Positions 41,456-50,652 of a stretch of 64,000 bases of DNA are shown here, one piece after another (position 1 is the first letter of the stretch; each line of letters opens with the position of its first letter). Location: contig CBDAOY010000006.1 of assembly GCA_965198225.1 (NCBI GenBank), forward strand, positions 256,001 through 320,000, in the 5' to 3' direction. This DNA comes from Terriglobia bacterium (GTDB taxonomy: Bacteria > Acidobacteriota > Terriglobia > 20CM-2-55-15). Made by a program: the position numbers and the translations under genes. The notes beneath the pieces are model-generated. The model was given only the letters and a program-made list of their open reading frames with translations. It was not told the origin of the DNA and did no database searches.

Positions 41456-41544
41456 ATCTAAGTGGCTTCACCAGACGGCGGCAACGTTGTTTTGGTTGAA
41501 GTGAAACCTTAGTGGCGCCGCAGGTAAGCCACAAACCGTCTGGC
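41456..41544 (+). other. Degenerate attC site 2
   Basis: ATCTAA (complement of the upstream core TTAGAT); gtggcttcaccagacggcg pairs with cgccgcaggtaagccac with extrahelical bases; R' degraded to GTCTGGC. Confidence 0.7.
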
Positions 41545-41639
41545 ACTTCTCCGCGAAGGCGATCTTTACAGTCAGGTCGATTTGAAACGTGTGCCGTATC
41601 GGAGAGTTTGGGGGGATCAGAAGGCTCGATGAACGGGAG

Positions 41640-44348
41640 CTACGGCACCGGGACGAGGCGTTCGAGTTCGGTGAACCAGTTCTGGACGACGATGATTTCA
41701 GCTGACGGAGCCGCGCTGTCGCCGTCGATTGGCGCATCCTTAATCGCAAGGAACCGCAGACCGTCGAATGACACGTCATAGTTTCGCCCGACAGCAGCTG
41801 CAATGTTCTCCATGTACGGCCAGTCCATGAGCGACCTGCGGGCGTTCACGGAGAAGCCAGCCCCACCATCGTCTAGTGTGACGGCAATCAGTCTGCGAAC
41901 ACCACCAGCACCAGCAGGTTCAATATAGAAGAGTTCCCGCCCATCCCGTGACCAGAGAGGCTCGAGTCCCCCGGCGTTCGACACCAGGACGCGGTCGTCA
42001 TCCACGTTCGGAAACGGGCGGACGTAAATCTCGTATCGCCCGGACTCATCCGAGTCGTATGCCATCCAGCGGCCATTCGGCGACAACTCACCGTTCCGCT
42101 CGTTGAATGGCTCGCGCAAGAGCCACACAGGCTCCGCCTTGGCGTCCACCGAAATCATGCCGATGTTGTGACGAGTCTCCGGGTTGCTTTGCTCTCGGAA
42201 CACCAGTTCTGCGTCCGTCGGGGTGAAAAAATACGGATTGGCATCGGTGCTACCCGGTGCCCCGGGGTGCTCCGCAAGTCGTTCTGGACTGCCGGTGTTG
42301 TTCGCGGCCTTCCAATAGATGTCTCCACGGCTGCTGGAATACGCAATGCGTTGGTTGTCCCGCGTCCATGTTGGGTACCTCGCGCCAACCTCACCTACCG
42401 TCAGACGCGTCCGTGTTTCCAGCGTGAAGTCCCATATCCATAAGTCACTCACCTCGTTTCGGTTATCGAGGGCGACGCGGCGACCATCATGCGAGACGCG
42501 TGGATAGACGTACAGGCCCGGTTCGATGCCAACAACCTCTTCGCGACCCTCCCGGTCCACCCACACCAAAGTGCGGGGCGCAGCCTGCCCACCGTCCGCC
42601 GCCCGGTACACCAGCGAACCGTCCTCAGACATCCCGTAGTTCGCACTATCACCAACGAATGTCGCCCTCGCCAGTCCCTGTTCTAATGACACCGCTGTCC
42701 CGGAGGTTTCCAGCGTGTCTGGATCAAATGCGATCGCAAACAGGTCATTGCCCAGGGCGTAGATCAAATGTCCGGTCGGTGCGTAGCTGGCCGCGCTTCC
42801 GTTCCACACCACCGTTCGATCCTCGGTTGCGTCCAACGACGCGACGACGATTTCGCCGTTGTCCCACTGACCACCGGGAACTGCGGTGAACAGGATTTCC
42901 CGTCCGCTGGGCAGGAACGTGGGTCTGCCCAACTGTTCACCGTCCCGGGCGTCAATGATCCGTTCCGGCGTGCCGCCGTTGGCCGAGACGCTATAGATCC
43001 CGTCGAGTTGGGAAAAGAGAACGATGTCGTCCGCCCCCCAGCTAATTCCTATTGGATTCTCGGGGACAGGACCGATCGGAACCGGCGTGCCGCCATTGAT
43101 GGCGATCTTTTGGATCCGGCCCTCCCGGTTCCAGAAACCCACCCACTGGCTGTCGTGGGAGAAAAACGGGTTGGCCACACCAGGACCTTCGGTTCCTGCG
43201 ATCACGCGGGCTTCCAGATCGTTCCTGGATCGCAGATAGAGTCCACCGGTGCCGTTGTAGACATAGTATTGGCCATCCGGTGACACGGCGATGGTGTTTA
43301 CTCCGGCATATCTGAAGGCGATCCCCTCGGGGAGGTCATGCCCGTGGCGACTCACCGGACGGGGCGCTTCAGGTTTCAGGGTCCAGACGGCCACGCTGGC
43401 GATGACCAATCCAAGGACGAATGTTGCCACCCACGGCAGTTTCGATTGCGTTGCCACCTGAGCGATCTCGGCAACCGGCTGAACGATCACGCCACCGGCA
43501 TCGGCCAGCACCTTCTGAACATCCACGCGGGCGTCGGAAATGTCACCGTACCGGTCTTTCGATTCCTTTTCCAGGCAGCGTTCAAGGAGCAATCGGATTC
43601 TGGGATGGAGATGAAGGGGAAGGTTGTTCCAGCCGGGGTCCGCCCGGAGGACGCCGGCCAGCACATCCGACACCGTGCCTCCGTCGAACGTTCCCCGACC
43701 GGTCAACATTTCAAACAGCACGACACCGAACGCCCATACGTCAGCTCTCTTATCGACCTCCTGTCCCCTTGCCTGCTCGGGGGACATGTACGCTGCCGTG
43801 CCGAGAATCACGCCCTGCCGTGTGGCAGCCACACTCAACGTTGGGGACTGCGACAGATTCACGTCCGCCCCGTCACCCGCGAATGCTTTCGCCAGCCCGA
43901 AGTCCAGTACCTTGACCTTGCCCTCGGGCGTGACCTTGATGTTGGCCGGTTTCAGATCCCGGTGGATGACGCCCTTCTCATGTGCGGCTTCCAAGGCTTC
44001 GGCGATCTGGAGGGCGAGCTTGAGAGATTCTTCGACGGAGATCGCGCCACCTTTCAGTCGATCCGCCAGCGTGTCGCCTTCGACGAGTTCGAGGACGAGA
44101 AAGCGCGTGCCGTTGTCTTCTTCGAGGCCGTGGATGGTGGCGATGTTCGGGTGGTTCAATGACGCCAGCAGCTTCGCCTCACGTTCAAACCGGGCGAGTC
44201 GTTCTTCGTCCTGCGCGAACTCCTCAGGCAGCGTCTTGATCGCAACCTGACGCCCCAACTTGGCGTCCTGCGCCTGCCACACCGATCCCATCCCGCCCTG
44301 ACCGAGCTTGTCAGTGATCTCGTAGTGGCCCAGTGTTTTGCCGATCAT
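41640..44348 (-). CDS. K7: Ser/Thr kinase - TM - beta-propeller receptor
   Basis: 902 aa intact; MIGKTLGHYEI start, ends QNWFTELERLVPVP. Confidence 0.93.
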   Translation of the reverse strand: MIGKTLGHYEITDKLGQGGMGSVWQAQDAKLGRQVAIKTLPEEFAQDEERLARFEREAKLLASLNHPNIATIHGLEEDNGTRFLVLELVEGDTLADRLKGGAISVEESLKLALQIAEALEAAHEKGVIHRDLKPANIKVTPEGKVKVLDFGLAKAFAGDGADVNLSQSPTLSVAATRQGVILGTAAYMSPEQARGQEVDKRADVWAFGVVLFEMLTGRGTFDGGTVSDVLAGVLRADPGWNNLPLHLHPRIRLLLERCLEKESKDRYGDISDARVDVQKVLADAGGVIVQPVAEIAQVATQSKLPWVATFVLGLVIASVAVWTLKPEAPRPVSRHGHDLPEGIAFRYAGVNTIAVSPDGQYYVYNGTGGLYLRSRNDLEARVIAGTEGPGVANPFFSHDSQWVGFWNREGRIQKIAINGGTPVPIGPVPENPIGISWGADDIVLFSQLDGIYSVSANGGTPERIIDARDGEQLGRPTFLPSGREILFTAVPGGQWDNGEIVVASLDATEDRTVVWNGSAASYAPTGHLIYALGNDLFAIAFDPDTLETSGTAVSLEQGLARATFVGDSANYGMSEDGSLVYRAADGGQAAPRTLVWVDREGREEVVGIEPGLYVYPRVSHDGRRVALDNRNEVSDLWIWDFTLETRTRLTVGEVGARYPTWTRDNQRIAYSSSRGDIYWKAANNTGSPERLAEHPGAPGSTDANPYFFTPTDAELVFREQSNPETRHNIGMISVDAKAEPVWLLREPFNERNGELSPNGRWMAYDSDESGRYEIYVRPFPNVDDDRVLVSNAGGLEPLWSRDGRELFYIEPAGAGGVRRLIAVTLDDGGAGFSVNARRSLMDWPYMENIAAAVGRNYDVSFDGLRFLAIKDAPIDGDSAAPSAEIIVVQNWFTELERLVPVP

Positions 44349-44375
44349 CCAGTAGCTCCCGACCTCGCCGTTCCC

Positions 44376-45953
44376 TTATACAGTGGGATGTTTCGTGTGC
44401 CAGTCCGTACCCTCTTCATAAGCGTGACCGATGCGACAGATTGTCGCTTCATCCAGCCGATTGCCGACGAACTGGATGCTGTAGGGCAAACCATCGTGCG
44501 AAAAACCGCACGGGACCGATAGCGTGGGGCTTCCAGAGAAATTGAATGGCTTTGTGAAAACATCATTACGAAGAAATTCAGACGATCCATAGGTTTCCAC
44601 CAAAATTGCATCCCGAGTTTCCCGGGAAGTGGGGAATGCAGGGCCACCAAGAGAAGGACACACGAGGGCATCGAACGTCGAAAGTAGTGCGTTCAAGCGC
44701 CCGGTGAACTCTGCCCGGACTTTATCCGCCTTTGCGTACTCGGCTCCCGTGATCTGGGCACCCTGTTCGAGACGGCCTCTGAAGCCGTCTCCGTACTCAA
44801 GGGCGCGGGAAGGATAGGTCGCCTCATGGGCCGCGACCGCTTCCGCGAGGCAGAGAGTGAACCACGCTGCGCCAACTTCGCCAACGTCCGGCATCTCGAC
44901 TTCGACGATTTCGGTTCCCATGGATGTCAGTTCGGCTACCGCCTTCTCAATCGCTGCGGCAAGCCCGGACTCGACCTGTTCGGTGGCGTATCGCCGGTCG
45001 TATCCAAGGCGTAGTCCGCCAACACCCCTGTCCAACTCGTCCTGGATTCTAGGAACGGGTTCCCTCAATGAAGTCGGATCGTTCGGGTCAACCCCGGCGA
45101 TCGCTTCGAACATGAGTGCGGCATCAACCACGCGCCGGGTCATGGGACCAACATGGTCCATGGATTCTGCCAGGGGCAGGACTCCATATCGGCTGACTCG
45201 TCCGTATGTGGGCTTGAGGCCGACGGTTCCATTCGCAGCGGCTGGGTAGCGGATCGATCCCCCTGTGTCGGTGCCGAGCGATCCAAAGCAAAGTCCGGCA
45301 GCCGTTGCGACTCCGGATCCGCTGGACGAGACACCACTCCATCGGCTGGCATCCCAAGGGTTCAAGGGAACGTCAAAATCCGGATGGTAGGGTCCGAACG
45401 CCCCTTCGGATAGGTTCAACTTGCCGAGGATGACCGCTCCGGCCTCTTCGAGTCTCACCACGACCGTCGCGTCAAAATCGGGCACGAAATCTGCGAGAAC
45501 ACCCGTGCCCCCCATCGTGCGGACACCGTCTGTGTAGCAGAGATCCTTGACGGCTATGGGCACGCCATGCAACGGGCCTCGGTAGTTTCCAGCCTGTATC
45601 TCTGTTTCGGCCTGACGGGCGGCGGTCATTGCATGATCGCCCATTACGGTTGCGTAGCTCAGCAGCCGGGTATCGACAGCATCGATGCGATCGAGCATCA
45701 AGCGGGTGAGTTCAACGGGGGAAAGTTGCCGTGATTCTATCAATCTCGCAACTTCCTTCAGGCTCAGGTAATGCAGCGGCTGGTCGCCTGGGATGCCCGA
45801 TGCGGGTTCCTGATTCGGTGATTCGCGAAAAGAGGAAGCACCCAACGGCAGGGCAACTCCGGCGGCACAGAAACCGATGAATTGCCGCCGTGACATACCC
45901 TCTGCTTGCGATGCGTCATGCTCAACGTCGTTCGCGGACGACTGCTTGATCAT
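44376..45953 (-). CDS. Amidase-signature family enzyme with Tat-like signal
   Basis: SRRQFIG twin-arginine motif; GPLHGVPIAVKD, GVSSSGSG, LGTDTGGSIRYPA; start 45953 or 45896. Confidence 0.9.
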   Translation of the reverse strand: MIKQSSANDVEHDASQAEGMSRRQFIGFCAAGVALPLGASSFRESPNQEPASGIPGDQPLHYLSLKEVARLIESRQLSPVELTRLMLDRIDAVDTRLLSYATVMGDHAMTAARQAETEIQAGNYRGPLHGVPIAVKDLCYTDGVRTMGGTGVLADFVPDFDATVVVRLEEAGAVILGKLNLSEGAFGPYHPDFDVPLNPWDASRWSGVSSSGSGVATAAGLCFGSLGTDTGGSIRYPAAANGTVGLKPTYGRVSRYGVLPLAESMDHVGPMTRRVVDAALMFEAIAGVDPNDPTSLREPVPRIQDELDRGVGGLRLGYDRRYATEQVESGLAAAIEKAVAELTSMGTEIVEVEMPDVGEVGAAWFTLCLAEAVAAHEATYPSRALEYGDGFRGRLEQGAQITGAEYAKADKVRAEFTGRLNALLSTFDALVCPSLGGPAFPTSRETRDAILVETYGSSEFLRNDVFTKPFNFSGSPTLSVPCGFSHDGLPYSIQFVGNRLDEATICRIGHAYEEGTDWHTKHPTV

Positions 45954-46021
45954 CCTGTCAATCCCCCCTGGTGGTTGGCTGCACTGAGGTTGACCGTGCA
46001 AATCCGTACAATCGGTTCAAA

Positions 46022-46057
46022 GAGTTCGTAGCTGCCGAGTTGGGTGCCGGGGGTCAT
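46022..46057 (-). pseudogene. Kinase 5' stub (MTPGTQLGSYE)
   Basis: Identical to the first ~11 codons of K5 and K9 and coupled to the K8 stop by ATGA. Confidence 0.8.
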
Positions 46058-48747
46058 TGGTTTTCTTCGAGCAGAGAAATCCAGTTGAGGACGACCGTGA
46101 GTGAGGCCATCTCTCTCGACGTCGGACTCTCTTCGTCAGAAGCCGCGACGATCAGGAAACGCTGGCCATCGGTCGTGACAGCGTAATCAGCACTATTCGG
46201 GGTGTCAGTTGTACCAATGGGCATTTCGAATAGCGCGGTCGAAACGCCAGGTTCAAAGGTCCTATCCGCCCGGACCTCTACTGCCATCAATCTGCCGTCG
46301 AGTGTGAGATAAAACAGCTCTCTTCCATCCCCGCGCCACCGAGGGTGCCTCCCACCATTAATCGAAATCTGCCATTTGCCACCAGTTGCGGGAAATGGCT
46401 GCACGTACACTTCATCACGGCCGGATTCGTTAGAGGCGTAAGCGATCCAACGTGCGTCGGGCGAGAATCGCGCCTGAAATTCGTTGAATTCGGTTCGCAG
46501 GAAGACATAAGGCTCCGGATCCCTCTCCAGCGGCAACACCCATATATCGGCCCGGTTAGTGGCGTTGCCACGCTGATAGGCAAGGAAACGGCCGTCGGAA
46601 GACCAATCCATCGCAGAGAGAACGTTATCCTGCGAAAAGCCACTGGCATCCGCTTGAAGGAGCAGTTCGTCGTTGCCAGAACCAAAGGAGGTCTTCCGAT
46701 AAAGGCTTAACGGCCCATCCCGATTCGAGCTGAACACGATCCGGATCCCATCGTGGGACCAGATCGGCCGAGTTTCTCGTGCGGCGTCGAACGTGAAACG
46801 CGATGAAGCACCACGGTCCAAGTCCATCGTCCAGATGTCCCGATTTCCGGTCAGCGGATCTACTGACTCGAAAGCCAGTCGCTTCCCCTCGGGCGACAGT
46901 TCAGGGTTCGCGTAGGCACCCGGCGCACCGACTCTTGCGAGTTGCGTACCACTTCGATCGAACCAAACGAATTCTTCTAGGCCGGTATCGAACCCACCCA
47001 AATACACGAGAATTCCGTTCTCGGACGTCGAGAAATCTGCAACTCCGTTGGGACGGTTGACCACCTGTTCCGCGACAAGCGTCGGCTCGCCGGAAACCTG
47101 CATCTGCTCGACATCAAATGACTGGGCCATAAGTGTTCCGCCTCGAACAAACAGAAGGTATCCTGGGGGTGAGTACTCCGCTCTAGAAGCTGACCGAAGA
47201 AGCAATCTGGACTCCTGCGAATCCAGCGACGCCACGTAGACTCCCGAATTTTCCGAATCACTACTTCTTGCACGGTAAAGGAAGTGGCGACCGCCCGGTA
47301 AGAAGTGCGGGCCGACGTGGAGCAACTCCCCCCTGGAGGTGTCGAGATCCGTCACCGGAGTTGCCTGTCCACCCGATGAGGAGATTCGGTACAGGCGACT
47401 CTGATTCGTGAAGACGATGATCTCATTCCCGTTCCAGGTACCACCATAGAAAGGGTTCGCATCGGAAAGCGTTTGTGGTGGCCCGCCGGAGATCGCGATT
47501 TTTTTGAGTTTGCCTTGAGCGAAAAATCCGATGGAGCGGCTGTCGGGTGACCAAAAAGGGTAGGAGGCTCCCTCAGTTCCAGACAACACCTGAGCGGTAA
47601 CGGAATCGAGCGGGCGAATCCAGAGAAGGGTTCTGCCCTCAGATTGAGCCAGAAGAGCAACTAACCGTCCATCAGGTGACACGGCCGGACAAGTTCGGCA
47701 GGCGCCTGGCGCCCTTAATATCGCTCCTTCGGGCGCAGCAACGCTAAAGCGTACTGCCCTTGGTTCTTCCCAACTGCCAAGCACCACGACCAAGACAACC
47801 AGCACAGCGGTTGCCGCAATCCATGCGATCCGCTCTCGGCTTTTCAAACCAGTCTCGACGGGGCCGGTCTCGACAGACGCGCTGCCCTCGGTGACCCATT
47901 TCAACTCGTCCAGGAGATCACCTGTACTCTGCCAACGGCCGTCAGGATCCTTTGCCAAACACTTCTTCACTGTGCGATCCAGAGTAGTTGGGGAAATTGG
48001 CTGGAAATCGCTCACGAGTGGGGGCACGTCCTTGAGGATCGCCCCGATCAGGCTCGCCGGACTCGCTCCCTCAAACGCTTTCTTGCCCGTGACCATCTCG
48101 TAGACGACGGCACCGAACGCGAAGATGTCCGTCCGGGCATCGGCTTCCTTGCCTTCCAACTGTTCTGGGGCCATGTACTGGAGCGTGCCGATGATCGTGC
48201 CTTCAGCGGTCAGGGGCGCTGAGGGGTCCTGGGTGGGCATTTGGGACAGTGGCGAAACCGCACCCGCATCGCCCTTCAGTTTCGCCAACCCGAAGTCCAG
48301 CAACTTCGTCCCCGACTTCGTGATCATGACGTTACCGGGCTTAAGGTCGCGGTGTACGACACCCTGCCGGTGGGCTTTATCTAATGCGTCGGCGATCTGG
48401 ACGGCGTATTCCAACGCTTGGTCGAGCGGAAGCCGTTTCTTCTCCAACCGTTGTTGAAGCGTCTCGCCTTCCACCAACTCCATAACGAGGTAGTGCGTCC
48501 CGTCCTGTTCCCCGATGTCGTGGAGCGTGCAGATGTGCGGGTGGTTCAGGCTGCTAACGGCTTTGGCTTCACGCTCGAAGCGTTCCCGGCGCTGCGGATC
48601 GGAAGCGAGGTGCTCGGGAAGGACCTTAATCGCGACGGTACGCTTCAGGCGGGTATCAGTGGCGCGATACACCTCTCCCATACCACCGGCGCCGAGTTGA
48701 TCGCCGATTTCGTATGGGCCTAAGCGTGTTCCTGCCGTGAGAGCCAT
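46054..48747 (-). CDS. K8: Ser/Thr kinase - TM - beta-propeller receptor
   Basis: 897 aa intact; [24 protein letters not shown] kinase subtype, ends LNWISLLEENQ. Confidence 0.93.
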   Translation of the reverse strand: MALTAGTRLGPYEIGDQLGAGGMGEVYRATDTRLKRTVAIKVLPEHLASDPQRRERFEREAKAVSSLNHPHICTLHDIGEQDGTHYLVMELVEGETLQQRLEKKRLPLDQALEYAVQIADALDKAHRQGVVHRDLKPGNVMITKSGTKLLDFGLAKLKGDAGAVSPLSQMPTQDPSAPLTAEGTIIGTLQYMAPEQLEGKEADARTDIFAFGAVVYEMVTGKKAFEGASPASLIGAILKDVPPLVSDFQPISPTTLDRTVKKCLAKDPDGRWQSTGDLLDELKWVTEGSASVETGPVETGLKSRERIAWIAATAVLVVLVVVLGSWEEPRAVRFSVAAPEGAILRAPGACRTCPAVSPDGRLVALLAQSEGRTLLWIRPLDSVTAQVLSGTEGASYPFWSPDSRSIGFFAQGKLKKIAISGGPPQTLSDANPFYGGTWNGNEIIVFTNQSRLYRISSSGGQATPVTDLDTSRGELLHVGPHFLPGGRHFLYRARSSDSENSGVYVASLDSQESRLLLRSASRAEYSPPGYLLFVRGGTLMAQSFDVEQMQVSGEPTLVAEQVVNRPNGVADFSTSENGILVYLGGFDTGLEEFVWFDRSGTQLARVGAPGAYANPELSPEGKRLAFESVDPLTGNRDIWTMDLDRGASSRFTFDAARETRPIWSHDGIRIVFSSNRDGPLSLYRKTSFGSGNDELLLQADASGFSQDNVLSAMDWSSDGRFLAYQRGNATNRADIWVLPLERDPEPYVFLRTEFNEFQARFSPDARWIAYASNESGRDEVYVQPFPATGGKWQISINGGRHPRWRGDGRELFYLTLDGRLMAVEVRADRTFEPGVSTALFEMPIGTTDTPNSADYAVTTDGQRFLIVAASDEESPTSREMASLTVVLNWISLLEENQ

Positions 48748-48775
48748 AGGCTGCGATCCTGTCTCTCAAGCGTTC

Positions 48776-50492
48776 CAGACTGTGTGAAAAGTCGGCGACA
48801 GCCGGGCGGGAGTCGGTGAACTGGCATCAGGTTCCCCATGGCGGTTGGTAAAATGTGTCATGGCACATATCACCGGTGAAGACCGTTCCCAGCTTCTGCT
48901 TCTGCCCGATACTGTGGACGACTACGTGGGACCGGACAACCCGGTCCGTTTCATTGATGCATTCGTCGACGGTCTCGACCTTGAGGCGGCTGGATTCCAG
49001 CGCGTTCGGCCCAACGACAAGGGCCGTCCAGGCTACGATCCCGCGGATCTGCTGAAGCTGTATATCTACGGGTATCTGAATCGTATTCGGTCGAGCCGCA
49101 GGCTGGAGACAGAGACGCATGCGCAACCTCGAGGCGATCTGGCTGCTACGCCAGCTGAAGCCCGACTTCAAGACGATCGCCGACTTCCGGCGCGACAATC
49201 GGCATGCGTTCCGGGCGGTGTTTCGGCGGTTCGTGCGGTTGTGCCGGGAACTCGACCTGTACGGGCGGGAGTTGATCGCCGTGGACGGCACGCGCATCAA
49301 GGCGGTGAACCACCGGGACCGCAACTTCACGCGGGCCAAGCTGAAGACGGACCTGCAGCGTATCGACGACCGACTCGACCGCTACCTCGACCAGGTGAAC
49401 GAGGCCGACGCGGATGATGCCGGCGGCAGAGCGGCTGCCGTGGCGGATCTTCAGGAGAAGATCGCATCGATCCGTAAGAGAAAGGAGACCTTGGAGGGGC
49501 ATCGGCAGACGCTGGACGATACCGGAGAAGCCCAGCTGTCGCTTACGGATCCGGACTCCCGGTCAATGCATTCCGGGACACGGGTCGGAGTCGGCTACAA
49601 CGTCCAGATCGCTGTCGACACTGAGCACAACCTGATCGCCGAACAGCAGGTCCATAGCAAGGTCTCGGACCTCGGTCTGCTCGCGGAGACGGCCACAGCG
49701 GCTCGGGAGAACTTGGCTGTCGACGAGATCGACGCGGTCGCGGACCGAGGCTACTACAAGATCGAAGACATTGAGGACTGCGAAGCCGCCGGGATCACGC
49801 CCTACGTTCCGAAGCCCGATCGGAGCACGGCCAGACGCAGTGGCCACTTTCCGAAGTCCGATTTCCAATACGACGACTCCACGGACACCTACCGGTGCCC
49901 CGCTGGTGAGCGCCTGGTGCCGTTGTATCGCGGAAGCGTCGGTAAGTCGCGCACAGGCACGTATCTTGTCAGTTACGCCAACCGCGCCGCATGCAGAGGC
50001 TGCGGTCTACGCGAACGATGTACCAAGAACACCTATCGGCGCATCACGCGCTTCGAGAACGAAGCAACGATGGAGCGCATGGCGAACCGTCTCGCCGCCC
50101 GGCCCGAGGTGATGGATCGTCGCCGGGAGTCGGTCGAGCATCCCTTCGGTTCGATCAAGCAGTGGATGGGCCAAGGCGCGTTCCTGACGCGCCGACTCGG
50201 CAATGTCCGCGGGGAGTTCAGCCTCACCGCCTTGGCCTACAACATGCGCCGCGCAATCAACCTCGTAGGAATTCCCGCCTTGATTGCCGTCGCAGCGGTT
50301 TGACCGGGTAATCCGCCCGTTTTTGGCGCAACAATCCGCCTCCATCCCGCGTTTCCCAGTCACAGCAACACCTCACGCCACCGAAAAGGCTGGCAGCCCC
50401 GAGTGATCTGCGTCGCCACGGGTCCGTCATCGTGCTTGCCCTTCGGTGTTGCCGGATCAGCGATCCACGACTTGGACTTTTCACACAGTCTG
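48776..50492 (+). mobile_element. IS1182-family insertion sequence
   Basis: 18-bp perfect TIRs cagactgtgtgaaaagtc / gacttttcacacagtctg; 4-bp target duplication GTTC. Confidence 0.92.
48860..50303 (+). pseudogene. IS1182 transposase with a +1 frameshift near 49120
   Basis: MAHITGEDRSQ, GRPGYDP, LYIYGYLN; then PDFKTIADFR, AVDGT, TDPDSR, VEHPFGSIK. Confidence 0.88.
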
Positions 50493-50525
50493 GTTCCTTC
50501 GCCGGGTTTGGGTAAACTTGCGTAA

Positions 50526-50554
50526 ATACTACGGCAGGCAGGAGTTGGTGGCAA
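50526..50554 (-). promoter_or_regulatory. Putative sigma-70 promoter of K8, now separated from it by IS1182
   Basis: TTGCCA-N17-TAGTAT; homologous to 39047-39075. Confidence 0.62.
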
Positions 50555-50652
50555 TCAAACAGTCAAGTTGCGCGAACAGCGCTCTTCCGGTGTGATTCCA
50601 CTTTTGGAGCACAGGCGACTTATACGGGAGTTGAGAATACGAATCCTGCCGC

